A stretch of 32,000 nucleotides of DNA from Alkalilimnicola ehrlichii MLHE-1. Lineage in GTDB: Bacteria; Pseudomonadota; Gammaproteobacteria; Nitrococcales; Halorhodospiraceae. A program made the translations under genes and the position numbers. The DNA lies in the NCBI RefSeq assembly GCF_000014785.1, contig NC_008340.1, positions 780,001 to 812,000 on the forward strand, given 5' to 3'. Of the stretch, positions 1 through 9,572 are shown one piece after another; position 1 is the stretch's first letter; the number at the start of each line of letters is the position of its first letter. The notes under the pieces are model-generated. The model was not told the origin of the DNA and did not search any database. It saw only the letters and a list, made by a program, of their open reading frames with translations.

Positions 1-1314
1 CTTCTTGTCCTTGATAAGCAGGCGGCTGTCCGGAACTGCTTTCAGGATCCCTGCCCAGACGCCGGCGATTTCCCGGTTGACCTTATGCAGGTTGTTCATG
101 CACGCGAATGTGATGTACCCATTCTCCTTTGCGGGTAATGGGGCGATGTCCGGCAGGTAAGGGGGTGGGGCATAGGTGACATACCCCGTTGGCAGCCGGA
201 TCAGCTTTTCGGTATAAAACTCTTCGACCCCTTCCGGGGTCTCCATCCAATCGGTGAGCAGGTAATCGATGGTTGGCACTGCTGAGGTGTTGAAGAGCCC
301 GCCGACCCATTTGACTTGAACCGGGGCGGCCCTTCTCGCTATGGCGGACAGTGCCGAATACCCACTGTGTCCGGTCATGTCCACCAGGATGTCGAGTCGG
401 TCCTTCAACAGTTGCGCATGGATGGCCTCTTGCGACCAATGGACCATTTGGCACCAGTGGCCGGTCATGTTCTGGAAGCGGTGTGATAGGAAGTCCTTGG
501 GTCGGGGTGGTGCAGTGGAGTAGAGATGCAGCGTGTGATCAAAATACCGGGCAAGGGTATTGATCGCACCGAAGCTGAGCCAGCCGGCGGGATGCGAGTG
601 GAACCCATTGGAAATGAAACCGATGCGCAGTGGGCGCTCCGGGTCGCGATCCCGCTCGAAATGGCGTTCTGTCTCTAGATGGGCGGCGCAGTTTGCGTAC
701 CAGCGCGCATGCAGTTTGCGTAGGTCCCTGGCACTTTGAGATGGCAGGTAGTGGGCCATCATCAGTATGTTAGACCAGAGGACATGATTTCCTGGCTCAA
801 GCACCCCGGCCAACTGCAACTGCTGAAACCCGGCCTCACCGTCACCAAGGTCGAACAGGACGTGCCCCAGGCTGTTTAAGGTATCGGCGTCGGGTTGCGT
901 CTTGATCAGCTCCACAAGGATGTCGCGCGCCTGTTCGCGGCGGTTGGCCTTGACCAGGGCCTGCGCGAGGAGGGCTTGCAAGCGACGGTGCTCAGGGGCC
1001 TTCTCCGCCGCCCGGCGGAGGAACCCGAGGGCGTCGTCGGTGTGGTTGAGTTCCAGGAGGAATTGTGCGTGAATCGCGGCCGCATCGGCTGCGCCTTCCC
1101 CCCCTTGATCCAATGCCTCCCTTGACGCTGAGAGCGCCTCTTCGGGCCGTCCCTCTTGCCAGAGGAGGCGGGCGTGCAGGGTGAGCACGCAGCCGTCGCT
1201 GCTGTTGCGCTCAAGGGCCTTATCGCAGAGGATCCGTGCCCCGTGGATATCTCCGGCATTGAGTGCTTGGGCGATGGCGCGGTACGTCTGGATGGGAGCT
1301 GAATGTTTGGGCAT
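1..1314 (-). CDS. TPR-containing O-linked N-acetylglucosamine transferase, SPINDLY/GT41 family (partial; C-terminus runs off the window)
   Basis: Reverse-strand reading from ATG at 1314..1312 stays open to the window edge: MPKHSAPIQTYRAIAQALNAGDIHGARILCDKALERNSSDG..., TPR-like helices, then RPLRIGFISNGFHSHPAGW...YFDHTLHLYSTTP...DRLDILVDMTGHSGYSALSAIARRAAPVQVKWVGGLFNTSAVPTIDYLLTDWMETP..., typical of SPINDLY-type OGT catalytic regions. Confidence 0.85.
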   Translation of the reverse strand, partial: MPKHSAPIQTYRAIAQALNAGDIHGARILCDKALERNSSDGCVLTLHARLLWQEGRPEEALSASREALDQGGEGAADAAAIHAQFLLELNHTDDALGFLRRAAEKAPEHRRLQALLAQALVKANRREQARDILVELIKTQPDADTLNSLGHVLFDLGDGEAGFQQLQLAGVLEPGNHVLWSNILMMAHYLPSQSARDLRKLHARWYANCAAHLETERHFERDRDPERPLRIGFISNGFHSHPAGWLSFGAINTLARYFDHTLHLYSTAPPRPKDFLSHRFQNMTGHWCQMVHWSQEAIHAQLLKDRLDILVDMTGHSGYSALSAIARRAAPVQVKWVGGLFNTSAVPTIDYLLTDWMETPEGVEEFYTEKLIRLPTGYVTYAPPPYLPDIAPLPAKENGYITFACMNNLHKVNREIAGVWAGILKAVPDSRLLIKDKK

Positions 1315-1560
1315 GCCGGTTGAGCCTGTAGTAATCCCTTGGTGTGTATTCGGGCACTGTAAAGGAAAGTGGCGCTGGATTGCATATCCGGCCATGGCGG
1401 CGATGCATGGCCGGAAGGGAGTTGCCGGTGGGAAGCCGAGGTGTCTTACCTGCGTGGTCCGGCCGTTGCCTCCTGCGCCTCGCAGGCTTCCTTGTTGGTG
1501 TGTGTTTTTTCTGGGAAAGCAACAACCTATGAGAGCGGAAGATTCTTTCCGCCCAAAGGC

Positions 1561-1587
1561 TAAAGGTTTCCGGTGGCTTGCCGCTAC
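1561..1587 (+). promoter_or_regulatory. Candidate sigma28 (FliA) promoter of fliC
   Basis: TAAAGGTT-N11-GCCGCTAC against the FliA consensus TAAAGTTT-N11-GCCGATAA, about 95 bp upstream of the fliC start. Confidence 0.7.
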
Positions 1588-1682
1588 AAAGGGCGAACGG
1601 GGAGGATAGCGGCCAGCGTCGCCCCCAGGTCAGCAACCCAGTCGGGGCATCAATGGCCCCATCGGAAACGAGGATGTGAGCC

Positions 1683-3143
1683 ATGGCACAGGTAATCAAC
1701 ACCAACATCGCTTCTCTTAATGCGCAGCGGAATCTGAACGCATCGCAGAACCAACTGAATGTGTCGCTGGAGCGGCTCTCGTCCGGGCTGAGGATCAACA
1801 GCGCCAAGGATGATGCCGCGGGTCTCGCCATCTCCGAGCGATTCACCGCTCAGATCAACGGCAACAACCAAGCGGTCCGGAACGCCAACGATGGCATCTC
1901 CCTCTCTCAGACCGCCGAAGGGGCCTTGGAAGAGATCGGGAACATCGGGCAGCGCATTCGTGAGCTGGCCGTCCAGGCAGCCAATGACACCAACTCCGCG
2001 TCGGACCGCCAGGCGTTGAACAACGAGGTCCAGCAGCTGATTGCGGAGGCCGGGCGTATCGCCCAGGCGACCCAGTTCAACGATCAGAACGTGTTGGACG
2101 GCAGCCTGGAGGAGATCCTGTTCCAAGTGGGTGCCAATCGTGGTCAAACCATTTCGGTGGATGGCGTGGATGCCCGCAGTGACCAACTGGGTGCCCAGCT
2201 CTTTGCCGGTGATGACATTGACTTCACGGAACTGGTGGATAACGCGAATGCCACCACCGCGAGCTTTAACATCACCGATGATCTGACCATCAACGGTGAA
2301 GCGGTGGATCTGTCCGGCATCGAGGCCGAGGACGGTTTCGCGGATGTGGATGACATCGTTGCTGCGATCAACGCCGTCTCTGGTGATACCGGCGTCGAGG
2401 CCGATAGGGCGCTGGAGGTCGAAGCCACCATTGATGCCAGTGGGCACACTGCCAGTAATACCGGGCTGGCCTTCTCGCTCAATGGGGTTGATATCACCGT
2501 GGACGGCACGGCGAGCCAGACCGAGGCCGCTACCAGGCTGGCCGATGCAATCAATGAGGCCGGAGTGAGTGGGGTCAGTGCTCAGATCGATCCGGATGAT
2601 GACACCCAAGTGGTTCTCAGTGGGGACGGGGCTGATCTCCAATTCACCCAAGGCGCGGATTCGCAGGGGATCACCTTTGTCGACGGGGCCGATCTCGGTG
2701 CAAACGAAGATGATATCGCAGGGTTTGCCCGGGCCATTGAGTTGACTGGGCAGCTGGGTGAGTCGGTCGACGTACAGGGTACGGATGTCGGAAACCTGGG
2801 TCTGGATAACCTGGGTGACGGGGAGGAGAAAACACTGGCCAGCGTAGATATCTCCACCCGTGATAATGCCTCCGACGCCATCCGGTCCATGGACTTTGTC
2901 CTCGCCCAGGTAAACAGCCTTCGGGCCGACCTCGGTGCGGTCCAGAACCGCTTCGAGTCCACGGTCGCCAACCTGTCGGTGACCTCGGAGAACCTGGAGG
3001 CCTCCCGCAGCCGGATCCTGGACGCGGACTTCGCCGCTGAGACCGCGGCCCTGACCCGCAGCCAGATCCTGCAGCAGGCTGGCACCTCGGTCCTGGCGCA
3101 GGCCAACCAGCTCCCGAACAACGTGCTGGCCCTGCTCCAGTAA
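1683..3143 (+). CDS. fliC: Flagellin
   Basis: MAQVINTNIASLNAQRNLNASQNQLNVSLERLSSGLRINSAKDDAAGLAISERFT N-terminus and SRILDADFAAETAALTRSQILQQAGTSVLAQANQLPNNVLALLQ C-terminus; AGGATG-type RBS region upstream. Confidence 0.98.
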   Translation: MAQVINTNIASLNAQRNLNASQNQLNVSLERLSSGLRINSAKDDAAGLAISERFTAQINGNNQAVRNANDGISLSQTAEGALEEIGNIGQRIRELAVQAANDTNSASDRQALNNEVQQLIAEAGRIAQATQFNDQNVLDGSLEEILFQVGANRGQTISVDGVDARSDQLGAQLFAGDDIDFTELVDNANATTASFNITDDLTINGEAVDLSGIEAEDGFADVDDIVAAINAVSGDTGVEADRALEVEATIDASGHTASNTGLAFSLNGVDITVDGTASQTEAATRLADAINEAGVSGVSAQIDPDDDTQVVLSGDGADLQFTQGADSQGITFVDGADLGANEDDIAGFARAIELTGQLGESVDVQGTDVGNLGLDNLGDGEEKTLASVDISTRDNASDAIRSMDFVLAQVNSLRADLGAVQNRFESTVANLSVTSENLEASRSRILDADFAAETAALTRSQILQQAGTSVLAQANQLPNNVLALLQ

Positions 3144-3169
3144 GCCGGCCCTTCGGGATCTGAGTGACG

Positions 3170-3203
3170 AGGCGACCCGGGGCGGGAAGGCCCCCGGTCG
3201 CCT
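3170..3203 (+). terminator. Strong hairpin downstream of fliC (possible attenuator or stability element, no T-run)
   Basis: aggcgacccgggg-cgggaagg-cccccggtcgcct: 13-bp stem with one mismatch and an 8-nt loop, 27 nt after the fliC stop. Confidence 0.5.
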
Positions 3204-3233
3204 CTGACCCCGCCATCGGGGGAGGAGGATCAG

Positions 3234-3623
3234 ATGGATGCCAGCATGAAGGTGTCTACGCTGAATGTGCAGCCGCTTCGGCCCTCGGGGGGCAGCGAGA
3301 GCCAGGGGAAGGTCTCGCTCGCGCCCGCGGGGGCCGAGGCCGTTTCCGCCGCCCGCATGGGCGACGGTGCGGCCGAAACGGCCCGCCAGGCGGAAAAGGC
3401 CGCCGAGCAGGTGGGCCAGGCGGTGGATCGGATCAACGACTTCGTGCAGGTCGTCCAGCGCGATCTGGAGTTCAGCGTGCACGACGACACCGGTCGCACC
3501 GTGGTGCGGGTGTTTGACACCAACAGCGAGGAGTTGGTGCGCCAGTTCCCCGCCGACGAGATCCTGGCCCTGGCGGAGCAGTTGGATCGGGTCCGGGGGC
3601 TGCTGGTCAGCGATCAGGCCTGA
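3234..3623 (+). CDS. flaG: FlaG family flagellar protein (copy 1; alternative start 3246)
   Basis: C-terminal half AVDRINDFVQVVQRDLEFSVHDDTGRTVVRVFDTNSEELVRQFPADEILALAEQLD is the conserved FlaG domain; located between fliC and fliD. Confidence 0.88.
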   Translation: MDASMKVSTLNVQPLRPSGGSESQGKVSLAPAGAEAVSAARMGDGAAETARQAEKAAEQVGQAVDRINDFVQVVQRDLEFSVHDDTGRTVVRVFDTNSEELVRQFPADEILALAEQLDRVRGLLVSDQA

Positions 3624-3663
3624 GTCCGCACACGCACCAGGGCCCATCAACCCATGCATCTCC

Positions 3664-3699
3664 GGCCCGGGGCGGTGAAGCCGCTTCGGGCCTTTATTG
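3664..3699 (+). terminator. Weak candidate terminator after flaG copy 1
   Basis: cccggggcggtgaagccgcttcggg followed by cctttattg; imperfect short stem with a T-rich tail. Confidence 0.35.
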
Positions 3700-3732
3700 T
3701 GTGTGTCGGTTCGGTTTTCTGGCGTCGGGGGC

Positions 3733-3759
3733 TAAAGTTATCCGGAAAGGGGCCGTTAT
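3733..3759 (+). promoter_or_regulatory. Candidate sigma28 (FliA) promoter for flaG copy 2
   Basis: TAAAGTTA-N11-GCCGTTAT, near-consensus FliA promoter, about 467 bp upstream of the second flaG start. Confidence 0.65.
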
Positions 3760-3789
3760 AACGGTCAGGCGGACTGCGACGCCCCCCAC

Positions 3790-4135
3790 CGTCACTGCGA
3801 GGAGCGAAGCGACGTGGCAGTCCAAGGCCTATGGATCGCCGCGTCGCTTCGCTCCTCGCGATGACGGTGGGATGGGCCGCCCCAGTCACTGCGAGGAGGC
3901 GGAGCCGACGTGGCAGTCTACCGCTCTGGATCGCCACGGGCCTTTGGCCCTCGCGATGACGGGGGGTGCGCCCCCTGTCACTGCGAGGAGCGAAGCGACG
4001 CGGCAGTCTACCCCTCTGGATCGCCACGGGCCTTCGGCCCAGGCGATGACGGAGAGAAGGTCGGCGGCCCTCGCAATGACAGGGGAGATCGTTCGGCGCT
4101 CGCGATGACGGTCTGGCGCGGTGGTCCCCGCAATG
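3790..4135 (+). repeat. Palindromic repeat array 1: three ~74-78 bp units (starting ~3791, 3885, 3977) plus degenerate right arms
   Basis: GTCACTGCGAGGAGCGAAGCGACG(T/C)GGCAGTC...GGATCGCC...CTCGCGATGAC repeated at 92-94 bp spacing; the tail has single arms ending in CTCGCAATGAC / CTCGCGATGAC / CCGCAATGAC. Confidence 0.9.
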
Positions 4136-4225
4136 ACGGTGGGGCCCGGGTCCTCGCGACGTCGGGTCACTGATCGGTCTGACAATGGTGTTGCCGCGCC
4201 CCGCGGCGGTGGCAGGAGGCAGGAG

Positions 4226-4657
4226 ATGGATGGCAACAGCACTGTGACAACGCCGAACCTCGACGGGATCCGCGCAGCGGTCGCCCGTGGCCGGGAGGCG
4301 GTGTCGGGTGCCGGGGCGCGCCCGGCGACCGATGGCGCTGCGGCGCCGCGACCGGCCTCCGAGTCGGCGCCGGCCTCCGAGCCGGCCCGCGACCCGGCGC
4401 GGGCGGAGGACCCGCGGCGGGGCACCGACCCGACCGCCGAGGAGGTGGGCGAGGCGGTGGATCGCATCAACGAGTTCGTGCAACTGGTCCAGCGCGATCT
4501 GGAGTTCAGCATCGACGAGGATACGGGTCGGACGGTGGTCAAGGTGTTCGACTCGCAGAGCGAGGAGCTCGTCCGGCAGTTCCCGCCGGAGGAGATCCTG
4601 GCCATCGCCGAGCATTTAGAAGAGCTCAAGGGGCTGTTGGTCCGCGAGCAGGCGTAG
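4226..4657 (+). CDS. flaG: FlaG family flagellar protein (copy 2)
   Basis: AVDRINEFVQLVQRDLEFSIDEDTGRTVVKVFDSQSEELVRQFPPEEILAIAEHLEELKGLLVREQA, closely similar to copy 1. ATG at 4226 has a good GGAGGCAGGAG RBS; the track start at 4121 lies in repeat-derived sequence. Confidence 0.85.
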   Translation: MDGNSTVTTPNLDGIRAAVARGREAVSGAGARPATDGAAAPRPASESAPASEPARDPARAEDPRRGTDPTAEEVGEAVDRINEFVQLVQRDLEFSIDEDTGRTVVKVFDSQSEELVRQFPPEEILAIAEHLEELKGLLVREQA

Positions 4658-4662
4658 GCGCC

Positions 4663-4678
4663 TGGCGCGGTTTTTGTA
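4663..4678 (+). promoter_or_regulatory. Weak candidate sigma54 (-24/-12) promoter upstream of fliD
   Basis: TGGCGCG-GTTT-TTGTA; correct spacing, but the -12 element is TTGTA instead of TTGCA/T. Confidence 0.35.
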
Positions 4679-4744
4679 TGTTGCGCCCGGGGTCGGGCAG
4701 CGCAGGCTGCCGGCACGGTCAACCGAGCAGGGCAGGTGGGTCCA

Positions 4745-6178
4745 ATGGCAAGTATCAGTTCCCTGGGTGTGGGGTCGGGTCTGGATATCCGCGATCTGGT
4801 CGACCAGCTGGTGGCGGCCGAGCGCCAGCCCGGTCAGAACCGGCTGGACCGCCAGGAGTCGCGGCTGGAGGCCCAGATCTCCGGGCTGGGCCGGCTGCAG
4901 CAGGCCATCACCGACTTCGGCGGTGCCCTAGGCAACGTCTCCGCTGAGAGCGACTTCCGCAGCGTGGTGGCCACCAGCAACAACGAGTCGGCGGTCAGCG
5001 TCTCCGCCGGCCGCGACGCCCCACCCGGCAGCTACGACGTCAACGTCACTCAACTGGCCCAGGCCCAGCGGCTCGCCACCAATTCGGACCTGTTCGAGGA
5101 CGTGGAGGACTTCTCGGCGGGCACCACCTCGCTGGGCACCGGCAGCTTCACTATCGAGTACCAGGACGGCAGCGCCGAGACCTTTCAACTGGAGGAAGGG
5201 GCTGACACCCTGCAGGACGTGCGCGCCGCCATCAACAACCAGAGCGAGAACGTGCGTGCCTCGGTGGTGGACGACGGCGAGGGCCCGCGGCTGGTGATCA
5301 CCAGCCGGGAGACCGGCGACCAGAACGCCGTCTCGGCGATCACCGTCGATCCCGACGACCCGGACAGCGACCCGCTGCTGGAGCGGCTGGCATTCGATGC
5401 TGAGAACCTGGCCGAGCCGGACGAGGATGGTGTGCGCGCCGGCGACAACTTTTCCCAGTTGCGCGCTGCGCAGGACGCCGAACTGTTCGTGGACGGACTG
5501 CGAATCACCCGGCCCGGCAATGAGATCAGCGGCGTGATCGATGGCGTCACCCTCACGCTCAGCGCGGTGGACAGCGCCCGGATCAACGTGGCGGAGGAGC
5601 CCGGGTCGGCCGCCTCCGCGGTGAGCGACTTTGTCGGGGCCTACAACAGCCTGCAGCGGACCCTGGGTGAGTTGAACGCCTTCGACCCGGAGTCCGGCGA
5701 GGCGGGTGAGCTCAAGGGCGACTCCACCCTCCGCTCGGTGCAGGCCCGCCTGCGCCAAATGATCAGCGAGCCGCTGCCGGGGGCGGGCGGGCCGGTGCAG
5801 ACCCTCGCGGACCTGGGCATCACCACCCGCCGGGACGGTACCCTGGAGATCAACGACGCCCGGCTGGATGATGCGCTGAGCGAGAACCGGCTGGATGTCA
5901 TCCGTCTGTTCACGGACGAGGAGAACGGGCTGGCCGCGCGCCTGCAAGGCGCCGTGGATGAGTTCACCGGCCGGGACAGCGTGATCAACAGCCGCACCGA
6001 GTCACTGCAGGACCGGCTCGCCGCCCTGGCGCCACAGCAGGAGCGCCTGGACCGGCGGATGGATCAGCTGGAGGCGAGGCTGATCCGCCAGTTTTCCGCC
6101 ATGGACTCGATGATCGCGCAGATGAACCAGACCAGCGAGTTCCTGGATAACCAGCTTAACCTGTTGAATCAGCAATAG
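4745..6178 (+). CDS. fliD: Flagellar filament cap protein FliD
   Basis: MASISSLGVGSGLDIRDLVDQLVAAERQPGQNRLDRQESRLEAQISGLGRLQQAI and C-terminal MDQLEARLIRQFSAMDSMIAQMNQTSEFLDNQL are typical FliD/HAP2. The track start (GTG 4736) is 9 bp upstream. Confidence 0.95.
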   Translation: MASISSLGVGSGLDIRDLVDQLVAAERQPGQNRLDRQESRLEAQISGLGRLQQAITDFGGALGNVSAESDFRSVVATSNNESAVSVSAGRDAPPGSYDVNVTQLAQAQRLATNSDLFEDVEDFSAGTTSLGTGSFTIEYQDGSAETFQLEEGADTLQDVRAAINNQSENVRASVVDDGEGPRLVITSRETGDQNAVSAITVDPDDPDSDPLLERLAFDAENLAEPDEDGVRAGDNFSQLRAAQDAELFVDGLRITRPGNEISGVIDGVTLTLSAVDSARINVAEEPGSAASAVSDFVGAYNSLQRTLGELNAFDPESGEAGELKGDSTLRSVQARLRQMISEPLPGAGGPVQTLADLGITTRRDGTLEINDARLDDALSENRLDVIRLFTDEENGLAARLQGAVDEFTGRDSVINSRTESLQDRLAALAPQQERLDRRMDQLEARLIRQFSAMDSMIAQMNQTSEFLDNQLNLLNQQ

Positions 6179-6204
6179 TCGCGTCGGGCACAGGAGCCAT
6201 CCCC

Positions 6205-6670
6205 GTGATCGCGAGGGCCGAAGGCTTTTTTCCCGTCATCGCGAGGGCCGGAGGCCCGTGGCGATCCAGGGCGGTAGACTGCCGCGTCGCTTCGCTCCTC
6301 GCAGTGACAGGGGGCGCACCCCCCGTCATCGCGAGGGCCGAAGGCCCGTGGCGATCCAGAGGGGTAGACTGCCACGTCGCTTCGCTCCTCGCAGTGACAG
6401 GGGGCGCACCCCCCGTCATCGCGAGGGCCGGAGGCCCGTGGCGATCCGGAGGGGTAGACTGCCGCGTCGCTTCGCTCCTCGCAGTGACAGGGGGCGCACC
6501 CCCCGTCATCGCGAGGGCCGGAGGCCCGTGGCGATCCGGAGGGGTAGACTGCCACGTCGCTTCGCTCCTCGCAGTGACAGGGGGCGCACCCCCCGTCATC
6601 GCGAGGGCCGGAGGCCCGTGGCGATCCAGGGCGGCAGACTGCCGCGTCGGCTTCGCCTCCTCGCAGTGAC
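6205..6670 (-). repeat. Palindromic repeat array 2: five copies in inverted orientation with an exact 90-bp period, plus a partial leading copy
   Basis: Units gtcatcgcgagggccggaggcccgtggcgatccggaggggtagactgccgcgtcgcttcgctcctcgcagtgac at 6235-6308, 6325-6398, 6415-6488, 6505-6578 and 6595-6670, separated by near-identical agggggcgcaccccc spacers. Confidence 0.95.
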
Positions 6671-6826
6671 GGTGGGGTGTGGGGGCGTGCTCGCAGTGAC
6701 TGGGGAGGGCATGTGGCCCTGTCCCGGGGGAGCGGGGCACTGGTGCCGAAACACCACTATCAAGTCCGGGGATGAATGGTCGCTAACAATGGGTGACAAT
6801 CACCCAATCAGCAGAGGGCAGCGGGA

Positions 6827-7264
6827 ATGAGCTACGCAGCCATGAACAGCGGAATCGATCAGTATCAGCAGGTGGGGGCCTACAGCGGGGCGGCTTACGC
6901 CGATCCGCACCGGCTCATCGAAATGCTGCTCGATGGTGGCATCGACCGGCTCGCCCAGGCCAAGGGAGCACTGCACCAGGGCGATCGCGCCCTCAAGAGC
7001 CAGCTTATCGGCAAGGCCATCGCCATTATCGACGGGCTGCGCGGCGGGCTGGACCGCAAGGCCGGCGGCGAGCTGGCGCAGAACCTTGACGAGCTGTATG
7101 ATTACATGCAGCGACGGCTGGTCTCGGCCAACGCCCGCAACGACGAGGCCATACTCGACGAGGTCTCCAAGCTGCTCAACGAGATCCGCGATGCCTGGCA
7201 GGCGATCCCCGCCGAGCTGCGTGACAAGGAGGCGGCGGAGCGCGCCGCACGCTCCGGGCGCTGA
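6827..7264 (+). CDS. fliS: Flagellar export chaperone FliS
   Basis: MNSGIDQYQQVGAYSGAAYADPHRLIEMLLDGGIDRLAQAKGALHQGD...IAIIDGLRGGLD...LAQNLDELYDYMQRRLVSAN: canonical FliS. Confidence 0.95.
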   Translation: MSYAAMNSGIDQYQQVGAYSGAAYADPHRLIEMLLDGGIDRLAQAKGALHQGDRALKSQLIGKAIAIIDGLRGGLDRKAGGELAQNLDELYDYMQRRLVSANARNDEAILDEVSKLLNEIRDAWQAIPAELRDKEAAERAARSGR

Positions 7265-7266
7265 TC

Positions 7267-7602
7267 ATGCCCCTGCCCCGCGACGAGGCGATGCTGGAGG
7301 CGGCCATCGAGCTGGAGCACCTGGCCCGGCGCCGCCTCGAGCTGGCCCGCTCGGAGCGGTGGGATGAGCTCGTCGCCAGCGAGACCCGACGCGGTGAGTT
7401 GGCCCGCGCCATCGATCCTTCCTCTGTCCACGCCCCCGATCTGCAACAGGCCCTGGTGACCCGGCTGCGTCGGATCACCGACATGGACGACCAACTGCGC
7501 CCCCTTTTGGAAGGGCGGCTGGAGGAGCTGGGCCGTACCCTCCTCGACGCCCGCAAGGGCGCGGCTGGCAACCGCGCCTACCAACGCTTCCGTGGTGACT
7601 GA
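7267..7602 (+). CDS. fliT: FliT-like flagellar chaperone / small flagellar protein
   Basis: Immediately downstream of fliS; 111 aa helical protein with RRLELARSERWDELVASETRRGELARAI, resembling FliT-family N-termini. Position supports the call. Confidence 0.6.
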   Translation: MPLPRDEAMLEAAIELEHLARRRLELARSERWDELVASETRRGELARAIDPSSVHAPDLQQALVTRLRRITDMDDQLRPLLEGRLEELGRTLLDARKGAAGNRAYQRFRGD

Positions 7603-7635
7603 CCTGTCGCGAGTGTTAAACCGTCCGCCGTATTT

Positions 7636-7665
7636 TTGACGGCGATAATACGAAAGCACTAGACT
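7636..7665 (+). promoter_or_regulatory. Candidate sigma70 promoter of the fleQ-like gene, with an overlapping inverted repeat
   Basis: TTGACG-N18-TAGACT; overlapped by CGCCGT-ATTTTTG-ACGGCG (perfect 6-bp inverted repeat). Confidence 0.35.
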
Positions 7666-7707
7666 GCCCGCATTAGTTGCCTGGGATTTTCCTTGGGGGG
7701 ATGCGTA

Positions 7708-9375
<1,668 letters not shown>

Positions 9376-9376
9376 G

Positions 9377-9418
9377 CGACGGCGGGCCGCCGGTCCCGCC
9401 GGCAAGCCGTCGGTTTTT
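9377..9418 (+). terminator. Rho-independent terminator after the fleQ-like gene
   Basis: CGACGGC...GCCGTCG stem followed by GTTTTTCG, with an additional internal GC-rich stem. Confidence 0.65.
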
Positions 9419-9498
9419 CGTCGAGCCACAATGTTGCCGTCTGACAGGTCATTTCCGCTTACCAGAAAGAACTAGTTAAATCAGCAGGCTGCATACCC

Positions 9499-9514
9499 TG
9501 GCACGCCCCGTGCT
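9499..9514 (+). promoter_or_regulatory. Candidate sigma54 promoter of the fleR-like gene
   Basis: TGGCACG-CCCC-GTGCT; perfect -24 element and conserved GC at -12 with correct spacing, 59 bp upstream of ATG 9573. Confidence 0.7.
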
Positions 9515-9572
9515 TCCTTGCCGCTCACAGTCATCGGTGGCCCGACCCGGGCAAGGAAAACGAGGTAACACC

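Noticed and set aside
1369-1384. Sigma54-like TGGCGCTGGATTGCAT upstream of the fliC region
   Set aside because: GG-GC spacing is one base short of the required -24/-12 geometry and the site is over 290 bp from fliC.
1650-3659. 669-aa minus-strand ORF opposite fliC and flaG
   Set aside because: Antisense to a confidently identified flagellin; long reverse ORFs are expected in high-GC coding DNA and the translation has no recognisable family.
3790-4135. Possible CRISPR array
   Set aside because: Spacers are short (about 16-20 bp) and nearly identical between units, repeats are ~74 bp and palindromic, clusters occur at several loci in both orientations, and no cas genes are present.
6156-6830. 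ORFs in multiple frames across the 90-bp array (e.g. VIARAEGPWRSRGVDCHVASLLAVTGGAPP repeats)
   Set aside because: The repeat period (90) is divisible by 3, so stops are absent in several frames; these are translations of non-coding palindromic repeats, not a repeat protein.
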